The notes: generated from the letters alone by a model not told the origin. Numbered from the stretch's first letter, positions 29,312-38,893 are shown. The stretch: 64,000 bases of DNA from an uncultured Mediterraneibacter sp. (GCA_944376685.1 CALWDN010000001.1:5472-69471), one strand, 5' to 3'. A program made the numbers and translations.

Positions 29312-31567
29312 ATGATATGGGGGATATGTTTTGCGCTGGCGCTTGTCTGCGCCGCAGCCGGGGCTGCCGGGTTTATGCTGCAGAGGAAGCGCGGAAAGGA
29401 TGAGGTGAGATATCTCGGCGCAGGGGTTTTTCTCGCGTGCATTTCCATCTGCTTCCCGGTGATGAGCCTCTCGGAGCAGGCGGGATTTGCCTTTGCGATG
29501 AGCGTGTCGCAGAGCATCCGGATGTTTGTCGTTGATACAGGGGTATCGGATATACTGGAACAGCTGACGGCAGAGCGGCTGGGGGCGCTGCTCCTTCCGT
29601 ACAAAACGGTGGTCTGCCTCTTATATATGCTGGCGCCGGTATTTACCCTGAGCGTGGTCCTGAGGTATTTTTCGAATTTCTTTGAGCGGTTCAGGCTGGT
29701 CGTCCGGGGCAGGCGGGATCTGTACGTGTTTTCCGACCTCAATCCCCGTTCTCTTGAGATCGCGGCCGGGCTTCGGGCAATGGCGGAGGCAAAAGGAAAG
29801 AAAACAGGGATCGTTTTCTGTGAATCCAATGAAAAGGATGACCTGAACACACAGCTGGAGCAAAATGCAAAGGAGCTGGGGGCTGTATTTGTGGCCGGAG
29901 AAATGATCGGGCTGAAGCTGAACAACAGAAAGCGGTATACGGCATATTTCCACATTTCTGACGACGATGAAAAAAATATCGACAATACGCTGCAGATGAT
30001 CGACAACATGACCGGCTATTCGCCATGGCTGAAGTCCGGGCGGCTGGATCAGAAGAAAACGGCCGTTTACTGCTATGCTTCCGCATCGGAAGCGGAAATC
30101 CTGATCGACGCGAAAGACAAGGAACAGCTCCGGGTCGTCCTGATGAATGAAGTCCGGGACGCGGTTTATGAACATTTATTCCGGTATCCGCTCTACACCT
30201 GCGCGGCTCCGCCGCAGAATGGAGACAGAGGGAGGATCTCCGTACTGATCGTCGGAGGCGGGAAGCCCGGCCTTGAATTCCTCAAGGCAGCCGTCTGGTG
30301 CGGACAGATGAAAGATTATGATCTGGATATCCGCCTGATTGATGTGAAAGGGAACCTGATCCGGAAAAAACTCCAGGAGGAATGCCCGGAGCTGCTCATG
30401 GAGCGGAGCGGATATCAGATCGATATCCACAAGGGAAATATATTCAGCAGCGTCACGGAGCGCTACCTGGATTCGGCCCCGGATATCACGTACTGCGTCG
30501 TATGCCTTGGGGAGGACGAGGATGCCATCCATGCGGCCCTCTGGCTCAAGAAGTATTTTTATATGAAAAACCGCACCGGCCAGCCGCTGATCAGCGTATA
30601 CATAGAGAGCAGCAAAAAGCGTACGGCTCTGTGGAACCTGTATGAAAATACGAGGAACAAAGAACGTGTGTATTATAATATCATCCCTTTCGGAAGCCGG
30701 AAGATGTATTTTGGCGATCAGTCGGACCCGGCGTTCATCCTGGAATACCTGGGGCTCGGCGTGCAGGCTCATTATGACCGGCTGGATAAGGATTCTACCG
30801 CGGAGCAGCGCAGCAGATCGGTCCGGAGTTTTTATGAGAAACAGTTCAACAGGCGTTCCAGCATCGCCAGCGGCATGCATATGAGCTATAAGCTCTGGGA
30901 GATGGGCTACGGCATCCTGAGGGTGCCCGGCGACGCGAAAGCAAGGGCGGTGTTTGACCGGTATATCCATCCGGTGGATTTTGCGGCGGAGACGGCCGGC
31001 AGACGGCAGCCATTCTATGACCTCGAGCATGAAAGGTGGATGGCTTACACCCGCGCAGAAGGATGGCGCCTGTCCACGAGGTCGGGGGAAGGCATCGGGG
31101 ATATCAGGGCGTGCTATGAGGAATACTGCGAGGTATTCAAAAACCAGAATTATATGATGAAGCTGCATCCGGCCCTTGTCCCGCTCAGGAGCGATACGCC
31201 TGCCCGGGCGACGCTGCAGGAAGTGGACGACATGATCGTTGAAGTCAACAAAGAGAAAGGGCTTAAAGCGTATCTGCCGGATTTTGTGCAGTCGGATGTG
31301 GAACTGGTGGACCATATCGGGGATATCGTGGAGGGCGCATGGTGCGGCAGCGGCGGTGTGAATATACACGGTACACCGGCCAGGAGCGGCGCATGCGTGA
31401 TCTGCCGGCTTGAAGATCTCCTTAACTACTGCCGTTATCTGTATGAAGTGGCGGAAGTGAAGGGAAATATGGAACAGATCATATCGCTCAGGATGGAGAT
31501 GCAGCGCTGCCGCAGGCCGGCGGCGGTACAGAATGAAAATACAGAGAATGAAAATGCAGAGCCTTAA
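29312..31567 (+). CDS. Membrane protein with N-terminal TMs, two RCK/TrkA_N-like Rossmann domains and a C-terminal RyR domain (putative ion channel)
   Basis: AAGGAG RBS; 3 TMs plus amphipathic segment; SVLIVGGGKPG; RyR-like DLEHERWMAYTRAEGW...KLHPALVP. Confidence 0.75.
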   Translation: MIWGICFALALVCAAAGAAGFMLQRKRGKDEVRYLGAGVFLACISICFPVMSLSEQAGFAFAMSVSQSIRMFVVDTGVSDILEQLTAERLGALLLPYKTVVCLLYMLAPVFTLSVVLRYFSNFFERFRLVVRGRRDLYVFSDLNPRSLEIAAGLRAMAEAKGKKTGIVFCESNEKDDLNTQLEQNAKELGAVFVAGEMIGLKLNNRKRYTAYFHISDDDEKNIDNTLQMIDNMTGYSPWLKSGRLDQKKTAVYCYASASEAEILIDAKDKEQLRVVLMNEVRDAVYEHLFRYPLYTCAAPPQNGDRGRISVLIVGGGKPGLEFLKAAVWCGQMKDYDLDIRLIDVKGNLIRKKLQEECPELLMERSGYQIDIHKGNIFSSVTERYLDSAPDITYCVVCLGEDEDAIHAALWLKKYFYMKNRTGQPLISVYIESSKKRTALWNLYENTRNKERVYYNIIPFGSRKMYFGDQSDPAFILEYLGLGVQAHYDRLDKDSTAEQRSRSVRSFYEKQFNRRSSIASGMHMSYKLWEMGYGILRVPGDAKARAVFDRYIHPVDFAAETAGRRQPFYDLEHERWMAYTRAEGWRLSTRSGEGIGDIRACYEEYCEVFKNQNYMMKLHPALVPLRSDTPARATLQEVDDMIVEVNKEKGLKAYLPDFVQSDVELVDHIGDIVEGAWCGSGGVNIHGTPARSGACVICRLEDLLNYCRYLYEVAEVKGNMEQIISLRMEMQRCRRPAAVQNENTENENAEP

Positions 31568-32298
31568 ACAAGCTCTGCATTTTTCCGTATGGTTTCCAGT
31601 ATGATGTTTTCTACATATTCACCGATATGTCTTTTGGCCTCTTTGTCCAGCTGGTCCGGATAGACCGGCTTCCCGTATTCAATGACGACATGGGTCTTCC
31701 GGATCTTCGGGAGATGGTTCTCAAAGATCTCAGCCGTATTGTTCATGGATACGGGGATGATGGCGCATCCGCTTTTGGTGGCGATCTTGAGCGCTCCGTC
31801 GCGGAACGGCAGCATTGTCAGCTCTTCGCCTTTGTTCCGCGTCCCCTCCGGGAAAATGCAGACCGAGATCCCGCTTCTGACAAGGTCGATGGCCTGCAGG
31901 ATCATCTTCAGCCCTTCCTTCGGGTTGTCCCGGTCGAGGAAGAGGCAGTGGAGCCGCCGCATCCAGGAAGACAGCCCGGGATATTTCTCCATTTCTTTTT
32001 TTGCCACATATCCGGTAGGGCGGGCACACCTGCTGTAGGTGAGCAGTATGTCAAAAAAACTGCGGTGGTTTCCGATAAAGAGCACAGGCTCATCGGGGAT
32101 ATTTTCTTCACCGATCACGGTTGTTTTTACACCGGTCATCTTCAGGATCACCTTGAATGCCCACTGGACGATGCGAAGCGAACTTACGTCGGCTGCGTGG
32201 GGCGACGATCTGTGGATAAGCCATTCGGCCAGCCGCACGGGTGCGGTTATGATCAGAAATAATACAACAAAAATAACAATGCCAATAAAACGGATCAT
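31564..32298 (-). CDS. plsC: 1-acyl-sn-glycerol-3-phosphate acyltransferase
   Basis: NHRSFFD, FLDR, IFPEGTR, IIPV. Confidence 0.93.
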   Translation of the reverse strand: MIRFIGIVIFVVLFLIITAPVRLAEWLIHRSSPHAADVSSLRIVQWAFKVILKMTGVKTTVIGEENIPDEPVLFIGNHRSFFDILLTYSRCARPTGYVAKKEMEKYPGLSSWMRRLHCLFLDRDNPKEGLKMILQAIDLVRSGISVCIFPEGTRNKGEELTMLPFRDGALKIATKSGCAIIPVSMNNTAEIFENHLPKIRKTHVVIEYGKPVYPDQLDKEAKRHIGEYVENIILETIRKNAELV

Positions 32299-32452
32299 GG
32301 ATCAGTCCTCATCTTCTCTTCTGACCGGCGCTGATGCTGCCGGGCGTTTCGCGCTATCCATAATTATAACCTGTGAAAATAGAAAAAACAAGCATGAAGA
32401 AACCTGCCGGCACATATGTTTATAGAGAACTTTCAGGCGGCGGAGGGGATGC

Positions 32453-32866
32453 ATGAAGCGGATCACGGCAGCAGCAGCCGCCACGGCTGTGGCGGCCCAG
32501 TGCCTTCTTCAGGGATGTGTGTCAGTGTATGGCAGTACGGAAAAACTGCGCGACCTGGAATTCCAGGTCGTAAGTGAAGAAGACGCCCCGGAAGAATTAA
32601 GGTCGGCGATCGACGAGGCGCAGGAAAAACCGTACCAGATCATTTATGCGGAGCAGGATACGCTCTGGATCGCAGAAGGATACGGGAAGAAAGACACATC
32701 AGGGTACAGCGTCGGGATACGGGAGCTGTATGAGACAGAGGACGCCGTGCATGTCCGCGCCAGCCTCCTCGGGCCGGGAAAAGGGGAGGAGATCCTGGAA
32801 ACCGCTACATATCCCTGTGTGATCGTGCGGACAGAATATGTGGATAAAGAGGTATTGTTTGACTGA
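32453..32866 (+). CDS. PrcB C-terminal-domain putative lipoprotein
   Basis: Lipobox-like LQGC; G.K.TSGYSVGI and TYPCVIVR pattern of the PrcB family. Confidence 0.7.
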   Translation: MKRITAAAAATAVAAQCLLQGCVSVYGSTEKLRDLEFQVVSEEDAPEELRSAIDEAQEKPYQIIYAEQDTLWIAEGYGKKDTSGYSVGIRELYETEDAVHVRASLLGPGKGEEILETATYPCVIVRTEYVDKEVLFD

Positions 32867-32886
32867 ATGGAGCAAGGAGGAGCGAT

Positions 32887-34446
32887 ATGGAACTGATCAG
32901 GAAACCGATTCACTATACGCAGACAGGAAAAAACATTTTTGACCAGTTTTATCTGGATGAGGATTATAACGTGCCGGAGCAGAAGGAAGACATACAGCGG
33001 ATCATCTGCGGCAGTGCGGTGCTGAGCGCGGAAGACATCCGGCCTGTGGAAAATTATATCCGGGTTGCCGGGAAGATACATTTCAGGGTCTTATATATGG
33101 CGGATCAGGGAGAACCGCATCCGGCAGTCCTGGAAGGGAAGATCCCGTTTGAGGAAATGGTGTATGCAGAAAGCGACGGGAATGAGACATTTTTTCTTTG
33201 TAATTCGAGGACGGAATTTACCCCGTCGCAGGTCCACCCGCGCAAACTGAGCCTGAAGATCACAGCTGAGATCGAGATCGGAAGGGAATGGATCCGGGAT
33301 GAAGAACTGACGGAAGATATAGACAGCGACATACAGATCTGCAGAAAAACGAAAAAAATGAATCTGCTGAAGCTTGCCGTATCGAAAAGAGATACATACA
33401 GGATCAAAGAAGAGATCACGCTGCCGGGGACGAAAGAAAGCATCGGGCAGATGCTGTTTGCGGATGTCAGCCTCCGGAAGCCTGATATCCGGATGGGCCA
33501 GGATGAAGTGCTGCTGCGCGGGGAGCTTCAGTTCTTCTGCATGTATATATCGGCCGGCGGAGACACGGAGTGGATGGACCAGACAGTCCCCTTTGAGGGG
33601 CGGATCCTCTGCGACGGTGTAAGTGAAAATATGTATTATCATATCCGGCATACGCTGGAAGATGTGATAACGGATATCCGGCTTGATGAGGACGGCCAGA
33701 TGCGCGTCATCGGGATCGAAGGCACGCTGGCCCTCCGGATGAATATTTATATGGAAGAAGAGGCAGAGCTGCTTGACGATCTGTATTCACTGGAGCAGAA
33801 CTGTACGTTTGACACGCGGGAAACCGTGCTGGAAGAACTCCTTGTGCAGAACCAGTCCAGATGCCGTGTTGCGGAACGGCTGTCACTGCCTGAGATCAGG
33901 GACAGCATCCTTCAGATTCTTCACAGTACGGCGGCTGTCCAGATCGAAAATGAGGAGTACGTCCCGGAAGGGATCCGGATCGAAGGGATCCTGCATCTGA
34001 CATTTCTCTATCTGAAGAGCGACGACGCAGAACCGTACGGAAGCTGGCGGGGGATGATCCCGTTCAGTTATACGGCAGAGTATCCGGACATCCCGGACGG
34101 TGCATCGGACAGCCTGGCCTACGATGTGGAACAGCTGGCTGTCACGCTGGCAGGCAGCGATACAGTGGAAGTCAAGGCCGTGCTCTCGTTTGATATTTTC
34201 CTGCGCAGGCTTACACCCGTGCATGTGATCACGGATGTCACGCTGTCAGAACAGGATGTGGACCAGACGGCTTCAAAGCCCGGCGTTGTGGGCCATATCG
34301 TGCAGGATGGCGAGGACCTGTGGGGGCTGGCGAAGAAATATCTGACGACAGTACAGGGGATCATGGACATAAACGGCCTGGAAAATGAAAAAATATCAAC
34401 CGGTGATAAGCTGTTGATTTTTAAAGAAAATGTAAGTATACTATAG
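32887..34446 (+). CDS. sipL: Spore coat morphogenetic protein, DUF3794 (SPOCS) repeats plus LysM
   Basis: Repeated SPOCS-like units (PEQKEDIQRII, PGTKESIGQML, IPFSY); C-terminal LysM VQDGEDLWGLAKKY...IMDIN. Confidence 0.8.
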   Translation: MELIRKPIHYTQTGKNIFDQFYLDEDYNVPEQKEDIQRIICGSAVLSAEDIRPVENYIRVAGKIHFRVLYMADQGEPHPAVLEGKIPFEEMVYAESDGNETFFLCNSRTEFTPSQVHPRKLSLKITAEIEIGREWIRDEELTEDIDSDIQICRKTKKMNLLKLAVSKRDTYRIKEEITLPGTKESIGQMLFADVSLRKPDIRMGQDEVLLRGELQFFCMYISAGGDTEWMDQTVPFEGRILCDGVSENMYYHIRHTLEDVITDIRLDEDGQMRVIGIEGTLALRMNIYMEEEAELLDDLYSLEQNCTFDTRETVLEELLVQNQSRCRVAERLSLPEIRDSILQILHSTAAVQIENEEYVPEGIRIEGILHLTFLYLKSDDAEPYGSWRGMIPFSYTAEYPDIPDGASDSLAYDVEQLAVTLAGSDTVEVKAVLSFDIFLRRLTPVHVITDVTLSEQDVDQTASKPGVVGHIVQDGEDLWGLAKKYLTTVQGIMDINGLENEKISTGDKLLIFKENVSIL

Positions 34447-34480
34447 GCATATTGTATACAAGATACAGAAGGAGAATGAG

Positions 34481-35359
34481 ATGAATCATCTGGAATTAAA
34501 AGCACTTGCGAAGATCAATCTCGGTCTTGATGTGACCGGGAGAAGAGAAAACGGATATCATGACGTGCGCATGATCATGCAGTCTGTATATCTGTATGAT
34601 AACGTCAGGCTGGAAAAGACAGACGCGGACGGAGAGATCAGACTGAAGTCAAATCTCGGTTATCTGCCTTCGGACGAAAACAATATCGCATACAAGGCGG
34701 CAAAGATCCTGGCAGAAGAGTTTGATATCCGGGAAGGCGTGCAGATCACTCTGGATAAACATATTCCCGTAGCGGCGGGGATGGCGGGCGGCAGTTCCGA
34801 CGCGGCGGCTGTGCTGTTCGGGATGAACCGCATGTTCGGACTCCGTCTTTCGCAGCAGGACCTGATGGACCGGGGGGTGAAGCTGGGGGCGGACGTCCCC
34901 TACTGCATCATGCGCGGGACAGTGCTGGCGGAAGGCATTGGCGAGATACTCACTCCGCTGCCGGCTATGCCGAAATGCACCGTGCTGATCGCAAAGCCGC
35001 CGGTCAGCGTCTCGACGAAGACTGTATATGAGGCGCTTGATTCGCAGGAAGTCACACGGCATCCGGATATCGACGGCATCATAAGAGGCCTGGAAGCGGG
35101 CAGCCTGGAACAGGTCGCACAGTGCATGGGGAATGTGCTGGAAGATGTGACGATCCCGCTGTATCCGGTCATTGACCAGATCAAACAGGAAATGCTGGCG
35201 GCCGGAGCGGCCGGGGCAATGATGAGCGGAAGCGGCCCGACAGTATTCGGGCTGTTTGAAAACCGTGCGCAGGCCCGCGCCGCGCAGCAGAAAATCAGAG
35301 AAAGATCACTGGCCAGACAGGTCTATGTGACGAATATACACAGTGTGAGGAGGGACTGA
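34481..35359 (+). CDS. ispE: 4-diphosphocytidyl-2-C-methyl-D-erythritol kinase
   Basis: AKINLGLDV, KHIPVAAGMAGGSSDAA, LGADVP, MMSGSGPTVF. Confidence 0.96.
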   Translation: MNHLELKALAKINLGLDVTGRRENGYHDVRMIMQSVYLYDNVRLEKTDADGEIRLKSNLGYLPSDENNIAYKAAKILAEEFDIREGVQITLDKHIPVAAGMAGGSSDAAAVLFGMNRMFGLRLSQQDLMDRGVKLGADVPYCIMRGTVLAEGIGEILTPLPAMPKCTVLIAKPPVSVSTKTVYEALDSQEVTRHPDIDGIIRGLEAGSLEQVAQCMGNVLEDVTIPLYPVIDQIKQEMLAAGAAGAMMSGSGPTVFGLFENRAQARAAQQKIRERSLARQVYVTNIHSVRRD

Positions 35360-35360
35360 G

Positions 35361-36032
35361 ATGTCCATGGATTTTGAAGTTACGATGAATGAGTACCTGC
35401 CTTTGAGGGACGTGGTGTTTAATACGCTCCGCCGGGCCATCCTGCGCGGCGAACTCAAACCCGGGGAGCGCCTGATGGAGATCCAGCTCGCCAACAAGCT
35501 GGGGGTGAGCCGCACGCCGATCCGCGAGGCGATACGCAAGCTGGAGCTGGAGGGCCTGGTCCTGATGGTCCCGAGGAAGGGGGCGGAAGTCGCGGAGATC
35601 ACGGAGAAGAACCTGCGGGACGTGCTGGAGGTGAGGTGCGCGCTGGAGGAGCTGGCGGTGCAGCTTGCCTGTGACCGGATCGACGGGGAGCGGATGCAGC
35701 AGCTTCTCGATGCGGCCGCGCATTTCCGGGATATCCTCGGGACGGCGGACATTACAGAACTGGGCGAAGCAGACGAGGCATTCCATGACGTGATCTTCCA
35801 GGCGACGGGCAATCAGAGGCTGATCCAGCTTCTCAACAACCTGCGCGAACAGATGTACCGCTACCGCATCGAATATCTGAAGAAAAAAGAGTGTTACCCC
35901 CAGCTTCTGGAGGAGCATGCAGCGATCATCCAGGCCATCCGGGAACACGATAAGGCGAAAGCTACCGGGATCACGGTGCAGCATATCAACAATCAGGTTG
36001 ACACGGTGGTGGATACACTGCGCCACCGTTAA
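35361..36032 (+). CDS. GntR-family (FCD) transcriptional regulator
   Basis: LKPGERL, LGVSRTPIREA, DEAFH, EHAAI. Confidence 0.93.
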   Translation: MSMDFEVTMNEYLPLRDVVFNTLRRAILRGELKPGERLMEIQLANKLGVSRTPIREAIRKLELEGLVLMVPRKGAEVAEITEKNLRDVLEVRCALEELAVQLACDRIDGERMQQLLDAAAHFRDILGTADITELGEADEAFHDVIFQATGNQRLIQLLNNLREQMYRYRIEYLKKKECYPQLLEEHAAIIQAIREHDKAKATGITVQHINNQVDTVVDTLRHR

Positions 36033-36052
36033 ACAGGCGGATCCGCCGGGAT

Positions 36053-36080
36053 GTATATTCCGTACAGAAATGGCAATACT
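36053..36080 (+). promoter_or_regulatory. Putative sigma-F-type promoter of spoIIR
   Basis: GTATA-14 nt-GGCAATACT resembles the forespore sigma-F consensus; spoIIR is a known sigma-F target. Confidence 0.45.
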
Positions 36081-36111
36081 CCCTGTATCAGATACAGGGA
36101 GGTATTACATA

Positions 36112-36783
36112 ATGCATACAGAGGGAAAACCCGTCGGAAAGATCTATATAAAAAGATGGCATATGTCGTTTGAGAAGCATGCGCCGAAGATGTGCATCGC
36201 GCTGGCGCTCATCCTGGCGGCACTGGCCACCGGAGGTGTCTGCCGCAGGGCGGATATGGTTTCGCGGGCGCAGCTGCAGGAGCATCTGGCGGATGAAGTG
36301 CTCAGGTTCCATGTGCTGGCCAACAGCGACAGTGAGGCGGACCAGGAACAGAAGCTTGCGGTCCGGGATGCCGTCCTTGACTACCTGGAGGCGGAAATGC
36401 CGCAGGGCCTGGACGAGCCGGACACTGAGATGTGGGTGAGGGAGCATATTGATCAGATCAGGGAAGCGGGCAGCAGGGCGGCGGCCGGGGCGGGAGAGGC
36501 ATATCCGGTAAGCGCGGCGGTAACGACCTGCTGGTTCCCGGATAAGACATACGGAGACCTGACATTTCCGGCAGGCAATTATCAGGCACTCAGGATCGAG
36601 ATCGGCGCGGCAGAAGGGCACAACTGGTGGTGTGTGCTTTACCCGTCGCTGTGTTTTATGGATTCGGCCAATGCTGTCATGGCAGAAGACGGCAGGCAGA
36701 AATTAAAGAATGTATTGACAGAAGAGGAGTATTCCAGGATCACCGCGGATACAGAATTCAGGATCCGCTGGTTCTTCTGGTAA
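36112..36783 (+). CDS. spoIIR: Stage II sporulation protein R
   Basis: LRFHVLANSDS, FPDKTYG, PAGNYQALRI, GHNWWCVLYPSLC; start 36112 (GGGAGG RBS) or 36163. Confidence 0.92.
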   Translation: MHTEGKPVGKIYIKRWHMSFEKHAPKMCIALALILAALATGGVCRRADMVSRAQLQEHLADEVLRFHVLANSDSEADQEQKLAVRDAVLDYLEAEMPQGLDEPDTEMWVREHIDQIREAGSRAAAGAGEAYPVSAAVTTCWFPDKTYGDLTFPAGNYQALRIEIGAAEGHNWWCVLYPSLCFMDSANAVMAEDGRQKLKNVLTEEEYSRITADTEFRIRWFFW

Positions 36784-36792
36784 GAGCAGAAA

Positions 36793-37992
36793 ATGACAGA
36801 ATTTTTAATACGGCATTTTGTAAAAGATTATAATGAAACAGAGAAGATATCCGTGCGGACGGCGTATGGGGTGCTTGCCAGCATTGTAGGCATCCTCTGC
36901 AATGTGTTCCTGTTTGCGGCGAAATTCGTGATCGGGCTTGTTGTGCACAGCGTATCCGTTACGGCGGATGCATTTAACAACTTATCAGACGCAGGTTCGT
37001 CGATCATCAGCTTCGTGGGTGTGAAGATGGCGGAGAAGCCGGCGGATAAGGACCATCCTTTCGGCCACGGGCGGATCGAATACATCGCGGCGCTGGTGGT
37101 CTCCTTCCTTGTGCTGGAAGTGGGCTTTACGTTTCTCAAGGATTCCATCGGCCGGATCCGGACGCCGGAGTCGCTGAACTTCCAGGCCGTGTCCGTGGCG
37201 GTGCTGATCCTGTCTGTGGCGGTGAAGCTGTGGCTGGGACTCTTCAACCGGAAGCTGGGGGAGAAGATCGACTCGAAGGTGATGATGGCAGTCTTTACAG
37301 ACTCTATGGGGGATGTGATCACTACATCTGCGACGATCCTGTCGCTCATTTTCTTCGCGGCGACCGGGATCAATATCGATGGTTTTGTCGGTGCCGGCGT
37401 TGCGCTTGTGGTTATGTGGGCCGGCGTGGGCATTGCCAGGGATACGCTGGAGCCGCTGATCGGCCAGGCCATCGATCCGGAAGTCTATGGGCAGATCAAA
37501 CAGTTTGTGGAGAGCTATGACGGGATCGAGGGCACACATGATCTGATCGTACATAATTACGGGCCGGGACGGAGCATGGCTTCGATCCACGCGGAAGTGC
37601 CCAATGACGTGGATATTGAAAGGTCCCACGAGATCATTGACCGGATCGAGCGGGGGGCGGCGAAAGAACTGGGACTCTTTCTCGTCATCCATATGGACCC
37701 GGTGGAGACGAAGGATGAGAATGTGCTGGCGGTCCGGGAAGACGCCGTGGAATTCCTTAAGGAACTGGATCCAGCCTGTACCCTGCACGATTTCCGTGTC
37801 GTACACGGGGAGAAGCAGATCAATCTGATCTTTGATATGGTGGTGCCCATTGATTATAATGATGAAAAGAAAGAAGAACTGAAAAAACAGCTGGCAGAGA
37901 GGCTGAAGAAGAAAGATGCCAGATACGAGTGCGTGATCACCGTGGAGTCGGATTTCGTGGCGCGTGCGGATGAAGAAACGAAACAGGAGTGA
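36793..37992 (+). CDS. Cation diffusion facilitator family transporter
   Basis: ADAFNNLSD, PADKDHPFGHGRIEY, HDLIVHNYGP, IHMDP; multiple TMs. Confidence 0.92.
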   Translation: MTEFLIRHFVKDYNETEKISVRTAYGVLASIVGILCNVFLFAAKFVIGLVVHSVSVTADAFNNLSDAGSSIISFVGVKMAEKPADKDHPFGHGRIEYIAALVVSFLVLEVGFTFLKDSIGRIRTPESLNFQAVSVAVLILSVAVKLWLGLFNRKLGEKIDSKVMMAVFTDSMGDVITTSATILSLIFFAATGINIDGFVGAGVALVVMWAGVGIARDTLEPLIGQAIDPEVYGQIKQFVESYDGIEGTHDLIVHNYGPGRSMASIHAEVPNDVDIERSHEIIDRIERGAAKELGLFLVIHMDPVETKDENVLAVREDAVEFLKELDPACTLHDFRVVHGEKQINLIFDMVVPIDYNDEKKEELKKQLAERLKKKDARYECVITVESDFVARADEETKQE

Positions 37993-37998
37993 CGGAAA

Positions 37999-38724
37999 AT
38001 GAATGAGAACAGCAGAAAAAACGGATTTGAATTCGACGGCAGAGTACGGTACAGCGAGATCGGCCACCGGGGGACCATGACGCTCCCGGCGTTGGTTGAT
38101 TATTTTCAGGACTGTACGACATTTCACTCGGAGTCCGTGGGACTTGGGATGGAGCGCCTGCGAAAGGAGAAGAAAGCATGGGTGCTCTCGTACTGGCAGG
38201 TGATCGTGGAGCGTTATCCGAAGCTGAATGAGCGGATCACCATCGGAACATTCCCGACGGCGTTCAAAGGGCTCTTCGGGAACAGGAACATGTATATGCT
38301 GGATGAGACGGGGGAGCGGATCGCCTGCGCCAATTCCATCTGGGTATTCATGGATCTGGAGAAAGGGCGCCCGGCAAGGCCGTGTGCGGAGCATATCGAA
38401 CCGTATGGCATCGGCGAACCGCTGGACATGCCCTATGAGGACCGGAAGATCGAACCGCCGGCAGAGAGCAGGGATGGAGAACCGTTCCCGGTGCGGCGGT
38501 ACCATATCGATACGAATGAGCATGTAAATAACTGCCAGTACGTGCAGATGGCCATGGAGATGCTGCCCGGCGATATCAGCGTACACCAGCTCCGGGTTGA
38601 TTATAAGAAGTCTGCGGTGCTGGGCGATATGATCTTCCCGAAGGTGTCGGAAGAGGCGGAGCGGACCGTGGTGGAACTGTGCGATGAGACAGGGAAGCCG
38701 TATGCGGTTGTGGAGATGAAGTGA
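37999..38724 (+). CDS. Acyl-ACP thioesterase
   Basis: VRYSE, YFQD, WVL, IDTNEHVNN, YKK. Confidence 0.9.
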   Translation: MNENSRKNGFEFDGRVRYSEIGHRGTMTLPALVDYFQDCTTFHSESVGLGMERLRKEKKAWVLSYWQVIVERYPKLNERITIGTFPTAFKGLFGNRNMYMLDETGERIACANSIWVFMDLEKGRPARPCAEHIEPYGIGEPLDMPYEDRKIEPPAESRDGEPFPVRRYHIDTNEHVNNCQYVQMAMEMLPGDISVHQLRVDYKKSAVLGDMIFPKVSEEAERTVVELCDETGKPYAVVEMK

Positions 38725-38732
38725 TATGTATG

Positions 38733-38769
38733 AAGCAGCCTTTGGTTTAAAACCTAAAGGCTGTTTTTT
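38733..38769 (+). terminator. Intrinsic terminator
   Basis: gcagcctttggtt...aacctaaaggctg stem followed by TTTTTT. Confidence 0.75.
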
Positions 38770-38782
38770 GCTTTATATTTTG

Positions 38783-38811
38783 TTGACAACGTTAGGATCC
38801 TCCGGCATAAT
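38783..38811 (+). promoter_or_regulatory. Putative sigma-A promoter of the AAA ATPase gene
   Basis: TTGACA-17 nt-CATAAT. Confidence 0.65.
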
Positions 38812-38815
38812 TAAA

Positions 38816-38893
38816 GAAAAACGTCGCATATAATATAATATATGCGAGAAAAACGTCGCAAACAAAAATGGAATAATATGAGAAAACGTCGCA
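38816..38893 (+). repeat. Three phased direct repeats GAAAA(A)CGTCGCA
   Basis: CGTCGCA cores at 38822, 38854 and 38887 (32 and 33 bp apart). Confidence 0.85.

Noticed and set aside
36985-38586. 533-aa minus-strand ORF, and similar long antisense ORFs at 4582-5706, 30176-31369 and 56684-57937
   Set aside because: Each overlaps confidently identified genes on the opposite strand and has no family motifs
38816-38893. Possible mini-CRISPR or plasmid iterons
   Set aside because: Repeats are only 12-13 bp with about 20-bp gaps, and there is no cas or rep gene; kept as putative operator repeats
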